A stretch of DNA of 58,237 bases from an uncultured Gammaproteobacteria bacterium. Lineage in GTDB: Bacteria; Patescibacteriota; Microgenomatia; Daviesbacterales; UBA10151. The notes beneath the pieces were generated by a model. It was not told where the DNA came from. It saw only the letters and a program-made list of their open reading frames with translations, and ran no database searches. Shown piece by piece: positions 43,643-54,429 of this stretch. Where the stretch lies: NCBI GenBank assembly GCA_964432475.1, contig CAYSNN010000001.1, forward strand, positions 1-58,237. Reading direction: 5' to 3'. A program made the position numbers and the translations under genes. Numbering within the stretch: position 1 is the first letter of the stretch; each line of letters begins with the position of its first letter.

Positions 43643-45222
43643 ATAGTTTCTATTATTTTAAATAATGGAAAACCGTTTAAATCTTTAATCTCCCCTACCG
43701 ATTTGTAAGAAGAAGAATACTTTGACTGCTGATTCAGTTTGTATACCGGCATTACATATAAAATCCCGGCCTCAGGTTTTTTGACCGACCAATCAATATC
43801 TGAGAATTCAATATTATCTAATCTTGAGACCAAACCCATATCTTTACCCTCTTTATTTGGTATAAAAACTTCTTTAACAACCCTTTGATATCTTTCTGGG
43901 TCATACTTTTGGTAAAAAAGGAAGAAAATATAGGGATGTTCGTAGCTTTGTTGTACTAAAACTTGCGGATACTGAGACTGAAAGGTATTAACTTTTTCTA
44001 CAATTTGTTTATAACCATATTGCCAGGCATCGTTCTTTTTCGGCCCATGCACAAAATATTGGTCTAAAAAATATAGATAATTCAGAGAATAAAAAAATAT
44101 TAAGGTAAAAAGCAGAACACTTATAAATCTTTTATTAAAACCTTCCAAAAGCTTGTCTATTCCTATTGCCATCAATATAATTATCGGCATAAAAACAGGA
44201 AGTATTCTTTCAAAATTTACTTTTTCAATAGTCAGGGCAGAAGGCAGTGATAAAAGCAGTAGTCCTAAGAAAATAAACAATTTTTGAGGCTTTGTTCCCG
44301 CTCTTACAAGTGTAATAATTCCAACTATCAAAAATACTATGTCTAGAAACAAAAAGGGGCCGGTATTTGGGGCAGTATGTTGAGGATTAGTGTCACCACT
44401 AAGAAAAAGCGAGCTTGGGGCATAAAAAGAAAACCATCTGTTTAATATTGACTGAAAAAGAGGATAACCGCTTTGGTATGAAAATATGCTAAGAGTCGTA
44501 AGTCTGGTGATTTGGCCACCGATAATACTTTGTAGTATCGGAATAACAAATAATAAACTTATCAAACAGGATAATAAAATCAATTTTTTGTTTATTTTTC
44601 TCAATTTATTGAAAAAAGAAAAAGATAGGATCAGTATTAAAACAGGAGTTGAAAATTTTGCTGTATGAGAAGTTAGTAAGGTTAACCCAAAAAGTAAGGC
44701 AGAAAATACAATTAAGATATCTTTCCCATAAAATGCCTTTAGGAAAAAATAAATTCCCGCCAGAGTCAAAGCCAAAGATACATTTACTTCCCAGGCTCCT
44801 CTGGAAAAAGCTATATTAATTGGAGAAATTGCAAAAATAAGAGCGGATATAAAAGCTAATCTGATTTTGGCAAAGAGTAGATTCATGATTTCATATATTA
44901 GCCAAACCGATATGATCCCGGCCAGTGCTGAAGGCACTCTCACAGCAACTTCATTCAACCCTAAGACAGAAATAAACGGGACTGTCAGATATACATAAAG
45001 ACCCATCTTAAAGTCACCAAATGACTGAAAAACAACAGGAAGAAACCGCCCATGTTCATCCTTATTTGTTTGTAATATCGAGTAAGCGTTATAGCCTAAT
45101 GCAGCTTCATCATTTCTTAAATGCGGAGGGATATTCTGTAAATTCCATAACCTTAAACCTGAAGCAACAAGTAAAATAGCAAGCAGTATTTTATATTGTG
45201 TTGAAAATTTAGGTTTTGCCAC
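43639..45222 (-). CDS. GT-C glycosyltransferase, family 39/ArnT-PMT-like
   Basis: The first loop LRLWNLQNIPPHLRNDEAALGYNAYS carries a DE motif. 527 aa and polytopic. Confidence 0.78.
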   Translation of the reverse strand: MAKPKFSTQYKILLAILLVASGLRLWNLQNIPPHLRNDEAALGYNAYSILQTNKDEHGRFLPVVFQSFGDFKMGLYVYLTVPFISVLGLNEVAVRVPSALAGIISVWLIYEIMNLLFAKIRLAFISALIFAISPINIAFSRGAWEVNVSLALTLAGIYFFLKAFYGKDILIVFSALLFGLTLLTSHTAKFSTPVLILILSFSFFNKLRKINKKLILLSCLISLLFVIPILQSIIGGQITRLTTLSIFSYQSGYPLFQSILNRWFSFYAPSSLFLSGDTNPQHTAPNTGPFLFLDIVFLIVGIITLVRAGTKPQKLFIFLGLLLLSLPSALTIEKVNFERILPVFMPIIILMAIGIDKLLEGFNKRFISVLLFTLIFFYSLNYLYFLDQYFVHGPKKNDAWQYGYKQIVEKVNTFQSQYPQVLVQQSYEHPYIFFLFYQKYDPERYQRVVKEVFIPNKEGKDMGLVSRLDNIEFSDIDWSVKKPEAGILYVMPVYKLNQQSKYSSSYKSVGEIKDLNGFPLFKIIETI

Positions 45223-46243
45223 TTGAGTTTACTAAATTGCGGTAAATTTGGGCTGTTTGTTGGGCTGCTTTTTTCCAAGAAAATCTTTTTACATTCTCCA
45301 GTCCCCTTTCTATTAACTCTTCCCTGACTTCCCCAATATCCCTAATTCCCCGGGTTATATCTTCTGTGGAATAAGGATTTACCAATATAGCTCCCCTTCC
45401 GGCTACTTCGGGCATAGCTGAAACATTAGAAGTAACCACAGGACATCCACAAGCCTGAGCATCCAGTATCGGCAGACCAAAGCCTTCATAGAGTGAAGGG
45501 TAAAGCAGAAGTTGAGCAGAACTATAAAGCAGTTCCAATTCACTGATACTCAACCAGGGGAGTGTATGGCCTGCAATTATTAGAGGATAATCTCTGCACG
45601 CTTCTTTTATCCTGACCAAATTCCTTCTCTCCCCTATTCCCCCAATCGCCAGGATAAATTTATCAGGTAATTTATATTTCTCTTTAAATCTTTTTATCTG
45701 CTCCGGAGGTTGGGGTTTAAAATCTGCCGCAGGCGCCTCATAAACAACAGTAATTTTACTTTCGGGAATATGGGAAACCTCCAGCAAATCTCTTTTGGTA
45801 GACTCAGAAACTGCAATTACGCAGTCTACTTCCTTTTCCACCAACCTTAATCTTCTTTTGTGGACAGCTACTATTTTTGGGTGAGACCAGGCAGGATATT
45901 TTAAAGGGACTACATCATGGTAAGTAGTCACCTTCTTAGCCTTGGTTGGAGGTTGAATCCAGTCAGAACTGTGAAAAATATCAATCTGACCGATAAATTT
46001 TTCAATATCTATATTTCTCCATCTGTTAAAAAGCAGTTCAAAAAGCGTTGGCGGTAATCTATATGATTTGACGTTCCCATGGATAAAAAGAGGGGCTTTT
46101 TTTCTAAGGGAAGAAAAAAAGTAAACCATTTCCAAGCCCGTAATGTCAGATAATCCTTCACTTAAGTTTTGAGTATATGCTGCCACACCTCCAGGGTGAG
46201 CCAGTTGCGATATATCCATGCCAACAGATATTTTACCGGTCAT
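45209..46243 (-). CDS. glycosyltransferase family 4
   Basis: YPSLYEGFGLPILDAQACGCPVVTS is present. Confidence 0.88.
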   Translation of the reverse strand: MTGKISVGMDISQLAHPGGVAAYTQNLSEGLSDITGLEMVYFFSSLRKKAPLFIHGNVKSYRLPPTLFELLFNRWRNIDIEKFIGQIDIFHSSDWIQPPTKAKKVTTYHDVVPLKYPAWSHPKIVAVHKRRLRLVEKEVDCVIAVSESTKRDLLEVSHIPESKITVVYEAPAADFKPQPPEQIKRFKEKYKLPDKFILAIGGIGERRNLVRIKEACRDYPLIIAGHTLPWLSISELELLYSSAQLLLYPSLYEGFGLPILDAQACGCPVVTSNVSAMPEVAGRGAILVNPYSTEDITRGIRDIGEVREELIERGLENVKRFSWKKAAQQTAQIYRNLVNSSGKT

Positions 46244-47571
46244 TTTTTCCTCAGAATTTCTGTATCCCCAACAACATCTATTCTCTCATAATTTTTGCCA
46301 ATATACTGATCAATCTCTTTGGCAAAATCAGTCAACTTAATTCCCTCGATTTGTAGTGTCCGGTTAGAAACTATAATTTCCGGCCTGTCTTTTTCAATAC
46401 CGGCTAAAATCCGCTCCTTGGCTACTTGCAAAAACCAAGGAAATTGAAATACAAAAACATCTCCTGCAGGCAAAGTCTCAGACATTTGGTAAAGATGCGG
46501 CGCAGCGCCATATACAAATATTTTCTCCGATGGCCGGGTATAACCTTTAAGCTTTTCTGCCAGGTTTTTGGTATCAGGATCAAAAGAGATTACCCGATCT
46601 CCTAAGTGGCCTTTGTAAAAAATAGCCAGCCACCAGATCAGAATCAAACTGTACAAACTTATTATCCCCACCCTCCCCAATCCCCCTAACCATCCTGATG
46701 CATAAACTGTAGCAATCAATGCAAATGGTAAAGCAGGCTGGAAATGCACAAAGTCAAATCTGGTGGAAAGACCAATTAATGTTCCGGCTAAAAAGATTAA
46801 CAGAATCTGCACTTGGGCTAATTTAATTTTTCTAAAATTTATCAAGGGAAAACCAAACACTAAAAATACCCTGGATAAATGTGCTGGCATCGGACCTGAT
46901 CCTCTGCCAAACTGGGCATATGTTGTCAAATTAAAAACAACAGTCCAGTACCAAAAATCCCTCAAAACCCCGATAGCCCAAAAATAGGTAATTACCAAAA
47001 CAATAGGAAACAGGAGTCCTGTTAAATATTCCAAAACATTTTTGAATCTTTTTTCTTTCCAAAAAACATAAAGTAAAACTAAGACCGAGAGGGGAATTAA
47101 TACCTGTTTAAAAACAATACCTATGCCGAGTAATAATCCTGTCAAAAAGAACTTTCTTTTAATAAAAGCGTAAAAGGCTGGTAATAATATTAGCGGTAAA
47201 AATGAATCAATCCAAAAAACCCAACCCTCAAAAAAGGGTTGCCAAACTAGAAAAAGAACATTTACCAAAAGAGCTTTATATCGGTTTTTAAAAACATAAT
47301 TTGATATTAAAAACAAAAGCAGATGAGTAATTACAACTATACCTATTAACCAACCTCTTGCAATAGTCTCATTTGTCATTCCCAAATTATCGAAATTGAC
47401 CGGTAAAAACATAAGTCCCGGAAAGTGCTGATCCAAAATTTGTGCATAGGGCTTAAGCCCATGGTTAGTTAAATACGGATAGATAAAAACTTCAGGGTAT
47501 GGAAAAAATATTATCTTTGTTAATACAAAAGAATGGATAATAATTATAACAAACAATAGAATCTTTGCCAT
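46240..47571 (-). CDS. polytopic membrane protein, possible GT-C-like glycosyltransferase
   Basis: 443 aa with about 10 TM helices plus a soluble C-terminal domain of about 110 aa. There is no clear DE motif. The call rests on context within the GT-C cluster. Confidence 0.45.
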   Translation of the reverse strand: MAKILLFVIIIIHSFVLTKIIFFPYPEVFIYPYLTNHGLKPYAQILDQHFPGLMFLPVNFDNLGMTNETIARGWLIGIVVITHLLLFLISNYVFKNRYKALLVNVLFLVWQPFFEGWVFWIDSFLPLILLPAFYAFIKRKFFLTGLLLGIGIVFKQVLIPLSVLVLLYVFWKEKRFKNVLEYLTGLLFPIVLVITYFWAIGVLRDFWYWTVVFNLTTYAQFGRGSGPMPAHLSRVFLVFGFPLINFRKIKLAQVQILLIFLAGTLIGLSTRFDFVHFQPALPFALIATVYASGWLGGLGRVGIISLYSLILIWWLAIFYKGHLGDRVISFDPDTKNLAEKLKGYTRPSEKIFVYGAAPHLYQMSETLPAGDVFVFQFPWFLQVAKERILAGIEKDRPEIIVSNRTLQIEGIKLTDFAKEIDQYIGKNYERIDVVGDTEILRKK

Positions 47572-47573
47572 TG

Positions 47574-49016
47574 TTATTCCCTGATATAATGATAAACAAA
47601 CCCTATGCCGTTAAAGTTTTTAATATCCTTCTTCTTATACCCGAGTTCAGTCAATCTTTTAGCTACTAATCTGTTTGGGTCACTAATTTGCACTAAATAA
47701 TCAACTAAATACGCTTCATTGTAATCTATTAATAAATCTCCTAGATTTGAAACTGAACTTTCCTCTTTTGCAGGGAAATCTTTCAACGCCCCCTTAACAC
47801 TTAGAGTCCCCTGGGCATAATATTCAAAAGCAGGAAACGTTCCTGAGCTTTCAAGCAGGATAATTTCCGGCTTGATATCTTTAAAAAAGGCCACTAACCC
47901 TTTCCAATCTTCTCTTTGATTGGAGGGGATTAATAAATAAAGTAAGGAACAAAAAAGCTCTGTTAAAACAACAATCACTAAAAGTCCATACCTCAACCTT
48001 TTTTTAAACGATAAAATACCAAATGCCAGCAAGATCAAAAATCCGGGGACAATATAAAGCACTCTAAAATAACTGAAAACCGGAATTATTAGAGAAATAA
48101 TAGTCGCAATCAAGAGAGGAACAATTACCCAGGATAATAGTAATTTTTTAGGAATGCTGTCCAGCTTTGCGATACCACTCCATAGTATGTATACAAACAG
48201 ACTGCCAACCGGCAGGAGCAGTGCTGCATATATAAGTTTATTAGCCAAACTAATTCTGCCGATAATGATCTTTACAAAAGTTAAGGGCAGCGTCTTAAAG
48301 TCAAATCCTCCGTTGACAAATTTCCAAGTTGGTAAATTTGCAGAAGCAGTTGCACCGGTATCCAGTTGTTTTAAAAATATAGGCCACCAAAAAAAATTCA
48401 GAATGACCGCGGCAGTTAACCCGATGGCCCATTTTTTGACAATTTCTTTTCTTTTTAAAAGTAACAGAAAGATTAATTGTGCTGGAAAAATAAAATAGGC
48501 AATATAATCCGACAAAAGAATAAAAAGATTACTGAAAATGAGTAATATTGTATTTACTTTTTCTCCTTGAATTACTCTGGTAAGTAAATAAAGATTAACT
48601 GTTACTGCTAAGGCTGCTAAGGCATACATTCTTGCTTCCTGACTATAATAAATATGCAAAGGATTGATACTGAGAAGCAATGCCGCCAGCAAACCTATTC
48701 TTGGGGAGACCAATTTTTTACCTATAAGATAAGTAATATATATTGTTACTATGCCAAATATTACTGAGGGAATTCTTAGGACAGTTTCAGAATAACCGAA
48801 TAGTTTCCCCCAGACCCATAAAGTTGCAAACCAACCAGGGGGGTGGAAATCAGCAACTGCATACTGGGTCAGCATCCCCAAAAAAGAAAAGCTCCTGGCG
48901 GCCATGATATTGATGCCTTCATCAAACCATAAGCTTTGGTTTAAACTGATAAGTCTCAGTAAAATCCCTATACCTAAAATGGCCCAAATCATCACTTTTG
49001 TCTCTCCAGTTCCCAC
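47574..49016 (-). CDS. GT-C glycosyltransferase, family 39/ArnT-PMT-like
   Basis: LRLISLNQSLWFDEGINIMAARS carries a DE motif. Polytopic with a soluble C-terminal domain. An alternative start at 48992 gives a TGATG overlap. Confidence 0.78.
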   Translation of the reverse strand: MGTGETKVMIWAILGIGILLRLISLNQSLWFDEGINIMAARSFSFLGMLTQYAVADFHPPGWFATLWVWGKLFGYSETVLRIPSVIFGIVTIYITYLIGKKLVSPRIGLLAALLLSINPLHIYYSQEARMYALAALAVTVNLYLLTRVIQGEKVNTILLIFSNLFILLSDYIAYFIFPAQLIFLLLLKRKEIVKKWAIGLTAAVILNFFWWPIFLKQLDTGATASANLPTWKFVNGGFDFKTLPLTFVKIIIGRISLANKLIYAALLLPVGSLFVYILWSGIAKLDSIPKKLLLSWVIVPLLIATIISLIIPVFSYFRVLYIVPGFLILLAFGILSFKKRLRYGLLVIVVLTELFCSLLYLLIPSNQREDWKGLVAFFKDIKPEIILLESSGTFPAFEYYAQGTLSVKGALKDFPAKEESSVSNLGDLLIDYNEAYLVDYLVQISDPNRLVAKRLTELGYKKKDIKNFNGIGFVYHYIRE

Positions 49017-49744
49017 AACTTAACCATTACCTCCATTTGATAAATCATCATTAAAATTGTTAGTGTAAATCCGTAAAACCCATCAAGAAATCCGGCGTGT
49101 CTTATGAATCTAACTAAAAATTCTCTGCCTGGTTTCCAAAAAAAACTAAACCAGGAAAATTTAACCCCGCTATTATAAAGATTTTCAGCTTCAATGGTGG
49201 AGTATCTATTTTGCCTGTCCATAAATTCCTTTACGGACCTGTAACCATAATGTAGTATGGCAAAATCTTCTCTAGCTTCTAAATCTAAGACTTTACCTGA
49301 AACTATTGGATACTGATGAATTGTTTTGTTCCATTTAACTAATCCTTTTTTAAAAAAACGGACATGTTTATCCGGCCACCAATTAGTATGAGCAATAAAG
49401 CGACCAAAAAAGATATTCTTTCTGGGAATATTAACTGCTGCAAACTTTTTCTCTGCTACAACCTCATTTAACTTAACCTTTAAATTACTGTTAATTTGCT
49501 CATCAGGATCTAAAACTAAAATCCAATCCCCCGCGGCTTTAGAAATAGCAAAATCGCGCACTTTCTCAACATAGCGAACAAATTCATGTTTATAAATATG
49601 TGCTTGGTATTTTTTTGCTATTTCCGAAATATAATTTGAGGATCCGATATCAATAATAACAATTTGCGCAAAATCTTTTACGCTTTCCAAACAAGCTTCA
49701 ATTTGCTCGGTTTCATCAAAGTAAACAATCACCGCAGAGATCAT
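48992..49744 (-). CDS. glycosyltransferase family 2
   Basis: ISAVIVYFDETEQIEACLESV... and DWILVLDPDEQI (DxD) are present. Confidence 0.82.
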   Translation of the reverse strand: MISAVIVYFDETEQIEACLESVKDFAQIVIIDIGSSNYISEIAKKYQAHIYKHEFVRYVEKVRDFAISKAAGDWILVLDPDEQINSNLKVKLNEVVAEKKFAAVNIPRKNIFFGRFIAHTNWWPDKHVRFFKKGLVKWNKTIHQYPIVSGKVLDLEAREDFAILHYGYRSVKEFMDRQNRYSTIEAENLYNSGVKFSWFSFFWKPGREFLVRFIRHAGFLDGFYGFTLTILMMIYQMEVMVKLWELERQK

Positions 49745-50691
49745 GTATTCATTTTATCATCTATTAAGTGCTGATATTTTTCAGCTTGTATTTCCCAAGA
49801 AAACTTTTCTGCTTGTTTTCTTGGTTTATCATCCCAGATTGTATTCAAACAATCTGTTATGGCTTTTGCATATTTCTTTGAATCTCCTACCTGAGTTAAA
49901 ATCCCTGCTTCTCCTACAATTTCTCGTCTTGGAGAATCATCCGGCGCAACAACAGGCAAATTACTAGCCATTGCTTCTATATAAACAATACCAAAAGCCT
50001 CTCTGTCCCAAGACGGCAAGGTAAAAAGGTTGCAGGACCTGTATATTTTTGGCATATCTTCATAATTGAAATTGACAATCTTAAACCTGTCTCCTAAGAG
50101 CTTTCTACCTATTTTTTCTAATTTATCTTTTTCCGGCCCCCGCCCTACAATTAAAAGAGACCCTCCCCCAGCCTCCCCAACCGCCCTAATCACCTTATCG
50201 TGATATTTGTACCAAACCAGAGCACCTACAGTTAGAATAATGGGTTTCGGCAACCCTAAATTAACCTTAGAACCTGTTGGTGTAAATTTATTTAGGTCCA
50301 CTCCGTTATTTATTTTAACAACCCTGCTGTTCCAAGCCCATCTTTTAACCCATTCCGCCATATAATCTGTCACCGCTACAAATACATCCGGTTGAACTAC
50401 TGCCGTATTCCATATTGCTATCCTGCCTATCCCAGCCTCACCAACTATTACCAGTTTATAAGGACTAAAAATGCGCCCTATTGATGCTTTTAAACTTTGA
50501 AATCCCCCATTCATTGAGATAACAATGTCATATTTCCCCAACAATATCTTTGTTAATGAATCAGACTCACTGCCTGTTAAAATATCCACTTGGTTTTTCT
50601 TTTTTAACCTGCCGGAGAGCTCATAAACAAATGTTTCTGCCCCTCTTTGGACTCTGTTTTGGAAACGGGATAAAATAGCTATCTTACTCAT
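49741..50691 (-). CDS. glycosyltransferase family 4-like (short GT-B)
   Basis: LPSWDREAFGIVYIEAMASNLPVVAP is present. 316 aa. Confidence 0.75.
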   Translation of the reverse strand: MSKIAILSRFQNRVQRGAETFVYELSGRLKKKNQVDILTGSESDSLTKILLGKYDIVISMNGGFQSLKASIGRIFSPYKLVIVGEAGIGRIAIWNTAVVQPDVFVAVTDYMAEWVKRWAWNSRVVKINNGVDLNKFTPTGSKVNLGLPKPIILTVGALVWYKYHDKVIRAVGEAGGGSLLIVGRGPEKDKLEKIGRKLLGDRFKIVNFNYEDMPKIYRSCNLFTLPSWDREAFGIVYIEAMASNLPVVAPDDSPRREIVGEAGILTQVGDSKKYAKAITDCLNTIWDDKPRKQAEKFSWEIQAEKYQHLIDDKMNT

Positions 50692-52204
50692 TTTTTCTGA
50701 TATATGCCCTGTAGCCTCCTTCCTTAATAGATTGTAGATGAGAAAGATCTTCTTTAAGAGGAATCCTGTCTTCAGACAGTATTACCGTATATTTTGATGG
50801 CTCTTTACTGATTTCATCAGGATATAACCACCCCAGGTTTTTATCCGTGTAACTTTGGTTTGGTACTCTACCATAAATTTTGAAAAGATATCTCCACCCT
50901 TCATAATCGTGACATATTCCCCGTCCTTCAATTGAAAAAGGATCATTTTCTACAACCTTCATTACCTTATTTATTAATATCTTTTTAGGTCTTAGGCTAA
51001 ACTCGTCTGATATTTTTAAAACAGTGTTAATTCCTGCCAAAGGCGCCAAAATGATTAAGAGAATAGGTAACTGAGAGTTTTTCATTTTGCTAATTAAAAT
51101 TCCCGGGACAAAAGTAAACAAAACCAATATAGATAAAGCGTAATACTCGGAGGAACCGCCGGGGAAAATAGTAAAAAATAGCAAAGCAGCCGCTAAAAAA
51201 ATTCCCAATAATCTTTCTTGTCTGCTTTTACTCTTTATACTTACTGCCAAAAAAATCAATAAAGAAGCTGCAGTAATTAAAGATAGCCACCGGGGTGCAT
51301 AAGTTCTGTGGGCATACTTATCAATGATTTTAAATTCCGGTTTTACTGATAAAGATGTACAACCAAAATTTATCTCATCGGCATTAGGGTTGCCTTGCTT
51401 TAAATACCAAAACCTCCCTAAACTATCAAAAAGGGTTTTATACTTGGCAGTTGGATTAAAGGCAATCTTTGATTGATTAAGCTGGTCATTAAACTTAGGA
51501 AAAATTGCCCAGTTACTAAAATTATGATTGTAATCAAAAACCGCCAAAGGCCAATAGAAGATAACAAACACTATTAAACACACAAGTAGAAGTTTTATCT
51601 TTTTAAAGTAACCGCCTTTAATAAAATACCAAACCCCAATTAAGATCAGGGGGGCTGGTTCCAGGTGGGTTTCCAATACAACCCCAAAAAGCGCTGCAAA
51701 TAATACCCACCACCAGTAAGATTTTTTAATTAAATACATTGCCACAAAAAGTAAAATAGTTATCAGCGGAACAAACATTGTATTCCAATACTTTTGGTCA
51801 AAGAAAACAAATAGCGGCAAGGATGCATAAAGCAGTGAAGCGGTAATTCCCGTTTTTAAACTGAAAATTTTCCAACCCGTAAAAAAGACAGCAACCGTAG
51901 TTACAACACCTAAAAAGGCGGCAAAATAGGCAGTAATCATCGGATCACCATGAGAAATAGCTAAAAGTATGGCCGTAAAGTAGGTAAAATAGGGCCCAAG
52001 GTAAAAATCCAAAAAAGACGAACTGACCCCAATCCAAATAGGATGGGGGTCCAAAACTTGCGTCCACGCATAAGTTGCCTGGTACTCTTCGTCAAAATTA
52101 AAAACATATATATTAGAGAGGTTATGAAATCTTAATAATGCCGAAAGGGCAATTATAAGGATCAAAAAAATAATTGCTTTATATTGTTTAATAATTCTTT
52201 TCAT
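50684..52204 (-). CDS. GT-C glycosyltransferase, family 39/ArnT-PMT-like
   Basis: LLRFHNLSNIYVFNFDEEYQATYAW carries a DE motif. 506 aa and polytopic. Confidence 0.78.
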   Translation of the reverse strand: MKRIIKQYKAIIFLILIIALSALLRFHNLSNIYVFNFDEEYQATYAWTQVLDPHPIWIGVSSSFLDFYLGPYFTYFTAILLAISHGDPMITAYFAAFLGVVTTVAVFFTGWKIFSLKTGITASLLYASLPLFVFFDQKYWNTMFVPLITILLFVAMYLIKKSYWWWVLFAALFGVVLETHLEPAPLILIGVWYFIKGGYFKKIKLLLVCLIVFVIFYWPLAVFDYNHNFSNWAIFPKFNDQLNQSKIAFNPTAKYKTLFDSLGRFWYLKQGNPNADEINFGCTSLSVKPEFKIIDKYAHRTYAPRWLSLITAASLLIFLAVSIKSKSRQERLLGIFLAAALLFFTIFPGGSSEYYALSILVLFTFVPGILISKMKNSQLPILLIILAPLAGINTVLKISDEFSLRPKKILINKVMKVVENDPFSIEGRGICHDYEGWRYLFKIYGRVPNQSYTDKNLGWLYPDEISKEPSKYTVILSEDRIPLKEDLSHLQSIKEGGYRAYIRKNE

Positions 52205-52209
52205 TGATG

Positions 52210-52938
52210 CTAATCGGAAAATCTAAATTTTAATATGGTCCAAATAGCTTTTAATCCGTCAACAAAACCGATCTTTTTACCTTCCTCATAATTTCTCGGT
52301 TTTACCTTAATAGGGACTTCAATAATATCAAAACCTGCTTTGACAATTTTGCTGGTTATCTCCGGTTCAAATTCGAAGCGGTTGGACTTTAAACTTATCT
52401 TATTTAAAATCTCTTTCGAAAATAATTTGTAACAAGTCTCCATATCTGTCAGGTTTGAGCCATAAATGAAATTAAATAATGCGGTTAAGAATTTATTGGC
52501 TATTAAGTGGGAAGGTAAAACGGTTTTGTTTCTTCCCCAAAGCTTTAAGGGGTAATTTACTAACCTTGTGCCATATACTACTTCTGACCGGTTTTGTATA
52601 ATGGGTTCCAATAATCTATTATAGTCCCACGGGTCATATTCCAAATCTGCATCCTGGATTATTATAAATTCCCCTGATGCTTCGTTTAACCCGGTTTTGA
52701 TCGCTGCCCCTTTACCTAAATTTTTTTTATGCTGAAGAAATTTAAATTTTACGAATTTTACTTTCGAGAGGACAGCAGATGTTTGGTCGGTCGAACAATC
52801 GTCAATTACAATGATTTCTTTTTTAAAATCTTTCTGCAAATTAACTTCACCTACCTTTTTAAGCAGCTCCTTAACTGTTTTTTCTTCATTAAAAACCGGG
52901 ATAATAATAGAAAGTGTTTTCATACTACTTTTTAGCAA
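52210..52938 (-). CDS. GT2 polyprenyl-phosphate glycosyltransferase (Dpm1/GtrB/ArnC-like)
   Basis: [34 protein letters not shown] and [11 protein letters not shown] are present. The likely true start is the ATG at 52923 (MKTLSIIIP). Confidence 0.8.
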   Translation of the reverse strand: MLKSSMKTLSIIIPVFNEEKTVKELLKKVGEVNLQKDFKKEIIVIDDCSTDQTSAVLSKVKFVKFKFLQHKKNLGKGAAIKTGLNEASGEFIIIQDADLEYDPWDYNRLLEPIIQNRSEVVYGTRLVNYPLKLWGRNKTVLPSHLIANKFLTALFNFIYGSNLTDMETCYKLFSKEILNKISLKSNRFEFEPEITSKIVKAGFDIIEVPIKVKPRNYEEGKKIGFVDGLKAIWTILKFRFSD

Positions 52939-53614
52939 TTACCAAAATCGAAAGCCCAAAAGGTGCACCGAAAATTTGTTCAAGCGATAAAGCAATGGGA
53001 GCAATTAAATTAAAAATTCTTATTTTTTCCTCTTCGACCATGTTATTTTTTAAAACCTTGGCAGAAACAAACCAACCGATGGCGCCTAATATATTTAAAA
53101 ATTTTGTTTTGACAATATTAAAACCGCATCCTTCTAAAAGCTTTGTCAGCTTTTTTTTACTATACCTGCGGTGGTGTAAAATTGCACGATCTATTTCTCC
53201 ATATAAAAATTGGTGGGCTGGTACAAGCAAAATTAAGTGGCCGCCAACTTTTAAAAGTTGATACATGTTTTTAAGCGCCTGTTCGTCATTTTTTATATGC
53301 TCTAAAACATTAATGCAAACTATATTATCGAATAATTTTTCTCCGAAAAAATATTTTCCGCTTTCTATATCCCCAAAACCTGCCTGATCCTTTTTATTAA
53401 TTTTTCTTTTTGTAATCCCGATGTAATCCCGATTAATATCGATTGCATACACATTACCGTATGTTTCTAAAGTTTTGGTGAAGTTTCCTATTCCACATCC
53501 TATTTCTAAAATGTCGCCTTTTAGTAATTTACTAAACTGACTCAAGGTCCAGCGGTTATACCAAGCTGCCTGACTCATAGATTCCAAGGTTACAGTTCCG
53601 TTAGTATTACTCAA
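52925..53614 (-). CDS. class I SAM-dependent methyltransferase
   Basis: [12 protein letters not shown] (motif I), VYAIDIN and [10 protein letters not shown] are present. Confidence 0.82.
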   Translation of the reverse strand: MSNTNGTVTLESMSQAAWYNRWTLSQFSKLLKGDILEIGCGIGNFTKTLETYGNVYAIDINRDYIGITKRKINKKDQAGFGDIESGKYFFGEKLFDNIVCINVLEHIKNDEQALKNMYQLLKVGGHLILLVPAHQFLYGEIDRAILHHRRYSKKKLTKLLEGCGFNIVKTKFLNILGAIGWFVSAKVLKNNMVEEEKIRIFNLIAPIALSLEQIFGAPFGLSILVIAKK

Positions 53615-54429
53615 AACAGTATTCTCCTTTTCAATTTCCTGATAGGTGTTAATAATTTTGCCCTAAATAACTGCACTCCCAAGATCCTATTCCAAGGAGA
53701 CCTGACTGATGACGGATATTCCCTGAAGAAAACTTCCGGAAAATTAAATTTATCGGAAACCTGACTGCCCAACTCATATTTAAATTTATTTTCTCTATTT
53801 GGCTGACTGGATCTTTTTAGGTGAGTGACATGTAAAAAAGGCGCGTCTAAAAAAATAATATCTTTTCTTTCCTGAATTTTTGTATTTTCTTCATCAAAAT
53901 AGCCTTCCTTTGGATAAGGTAAATCTGTATGCAACCCGGGAATTTTTTTGTTAATAACTTTTAAACTAAGGTGGCCTGTCCTGCCAAGAATTTTATACCT
54001 GCCGGCCTTTTCTTCCTGTATATGATAAATATCCCCTACCGGAACTACCATAGGAACGACTATCCCGCTACTTTGTGCATTCTTATTGATTTCGTTAACT
54101 AATTTTTTTATTGAAGAATTCCACCAAATTTCATCCCCGTCCAAAATCAGTATCCAATCACAATCAGACTCTTCAAGCATTCTCTGCCGCATTTTGGTAA
54201 AGGCATATTTATCAACTGCTCCTACTTGTTTAAACTCCACTTTTTTCCCTTTAATCTTTATAATTTCTTCAATAATTTTAACTGTTTCATCGGTTGAACC
54301 GGTATCATAAATCAACACTTTATCTACAAAGTCTACAACACTCATGACAGCAAACCAAATAAAATTTTCTTCATTATTTACAATAGTATGTGCCCAAATT
54401 TTCATCTTCGTAATTTGATTAGTAACCAA
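53611..54429 (-). CDS. glycosyltransferase family 2-like
   Basis: IVNNEENFIWFAVMSV..VLIYDTGSTDET and WILILDGDEIW (DxD) are present. The likely start at 54405 gives an ATGA overlap with the wzx stop. Confidence 0.72.
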   Translation of the reverse strand: MVTNQITKMKIWAHTIVNNEENFIWFAVMSVVDFVDKVLIYDTGSTDETVKIIEEIIKIKGKKVEFKQVGAVDKYAFTKMRQRMLEESDCDWILILDGDEIWWNSSIKKLVNEINKNAQSSGIVVPMVVPVGDIYHIQEEKAGRYKILGRTGHLSLKVINKKIPGLHTDLPYPKEGYFDEENTKIQERKDIIFLDAPFLHVTHLKRSSQPNRENKFKYELGSQVSDKFNFPEVFFREYPSSVRSPWNRILGVQLFRAKLLTPIRKLKRRILF

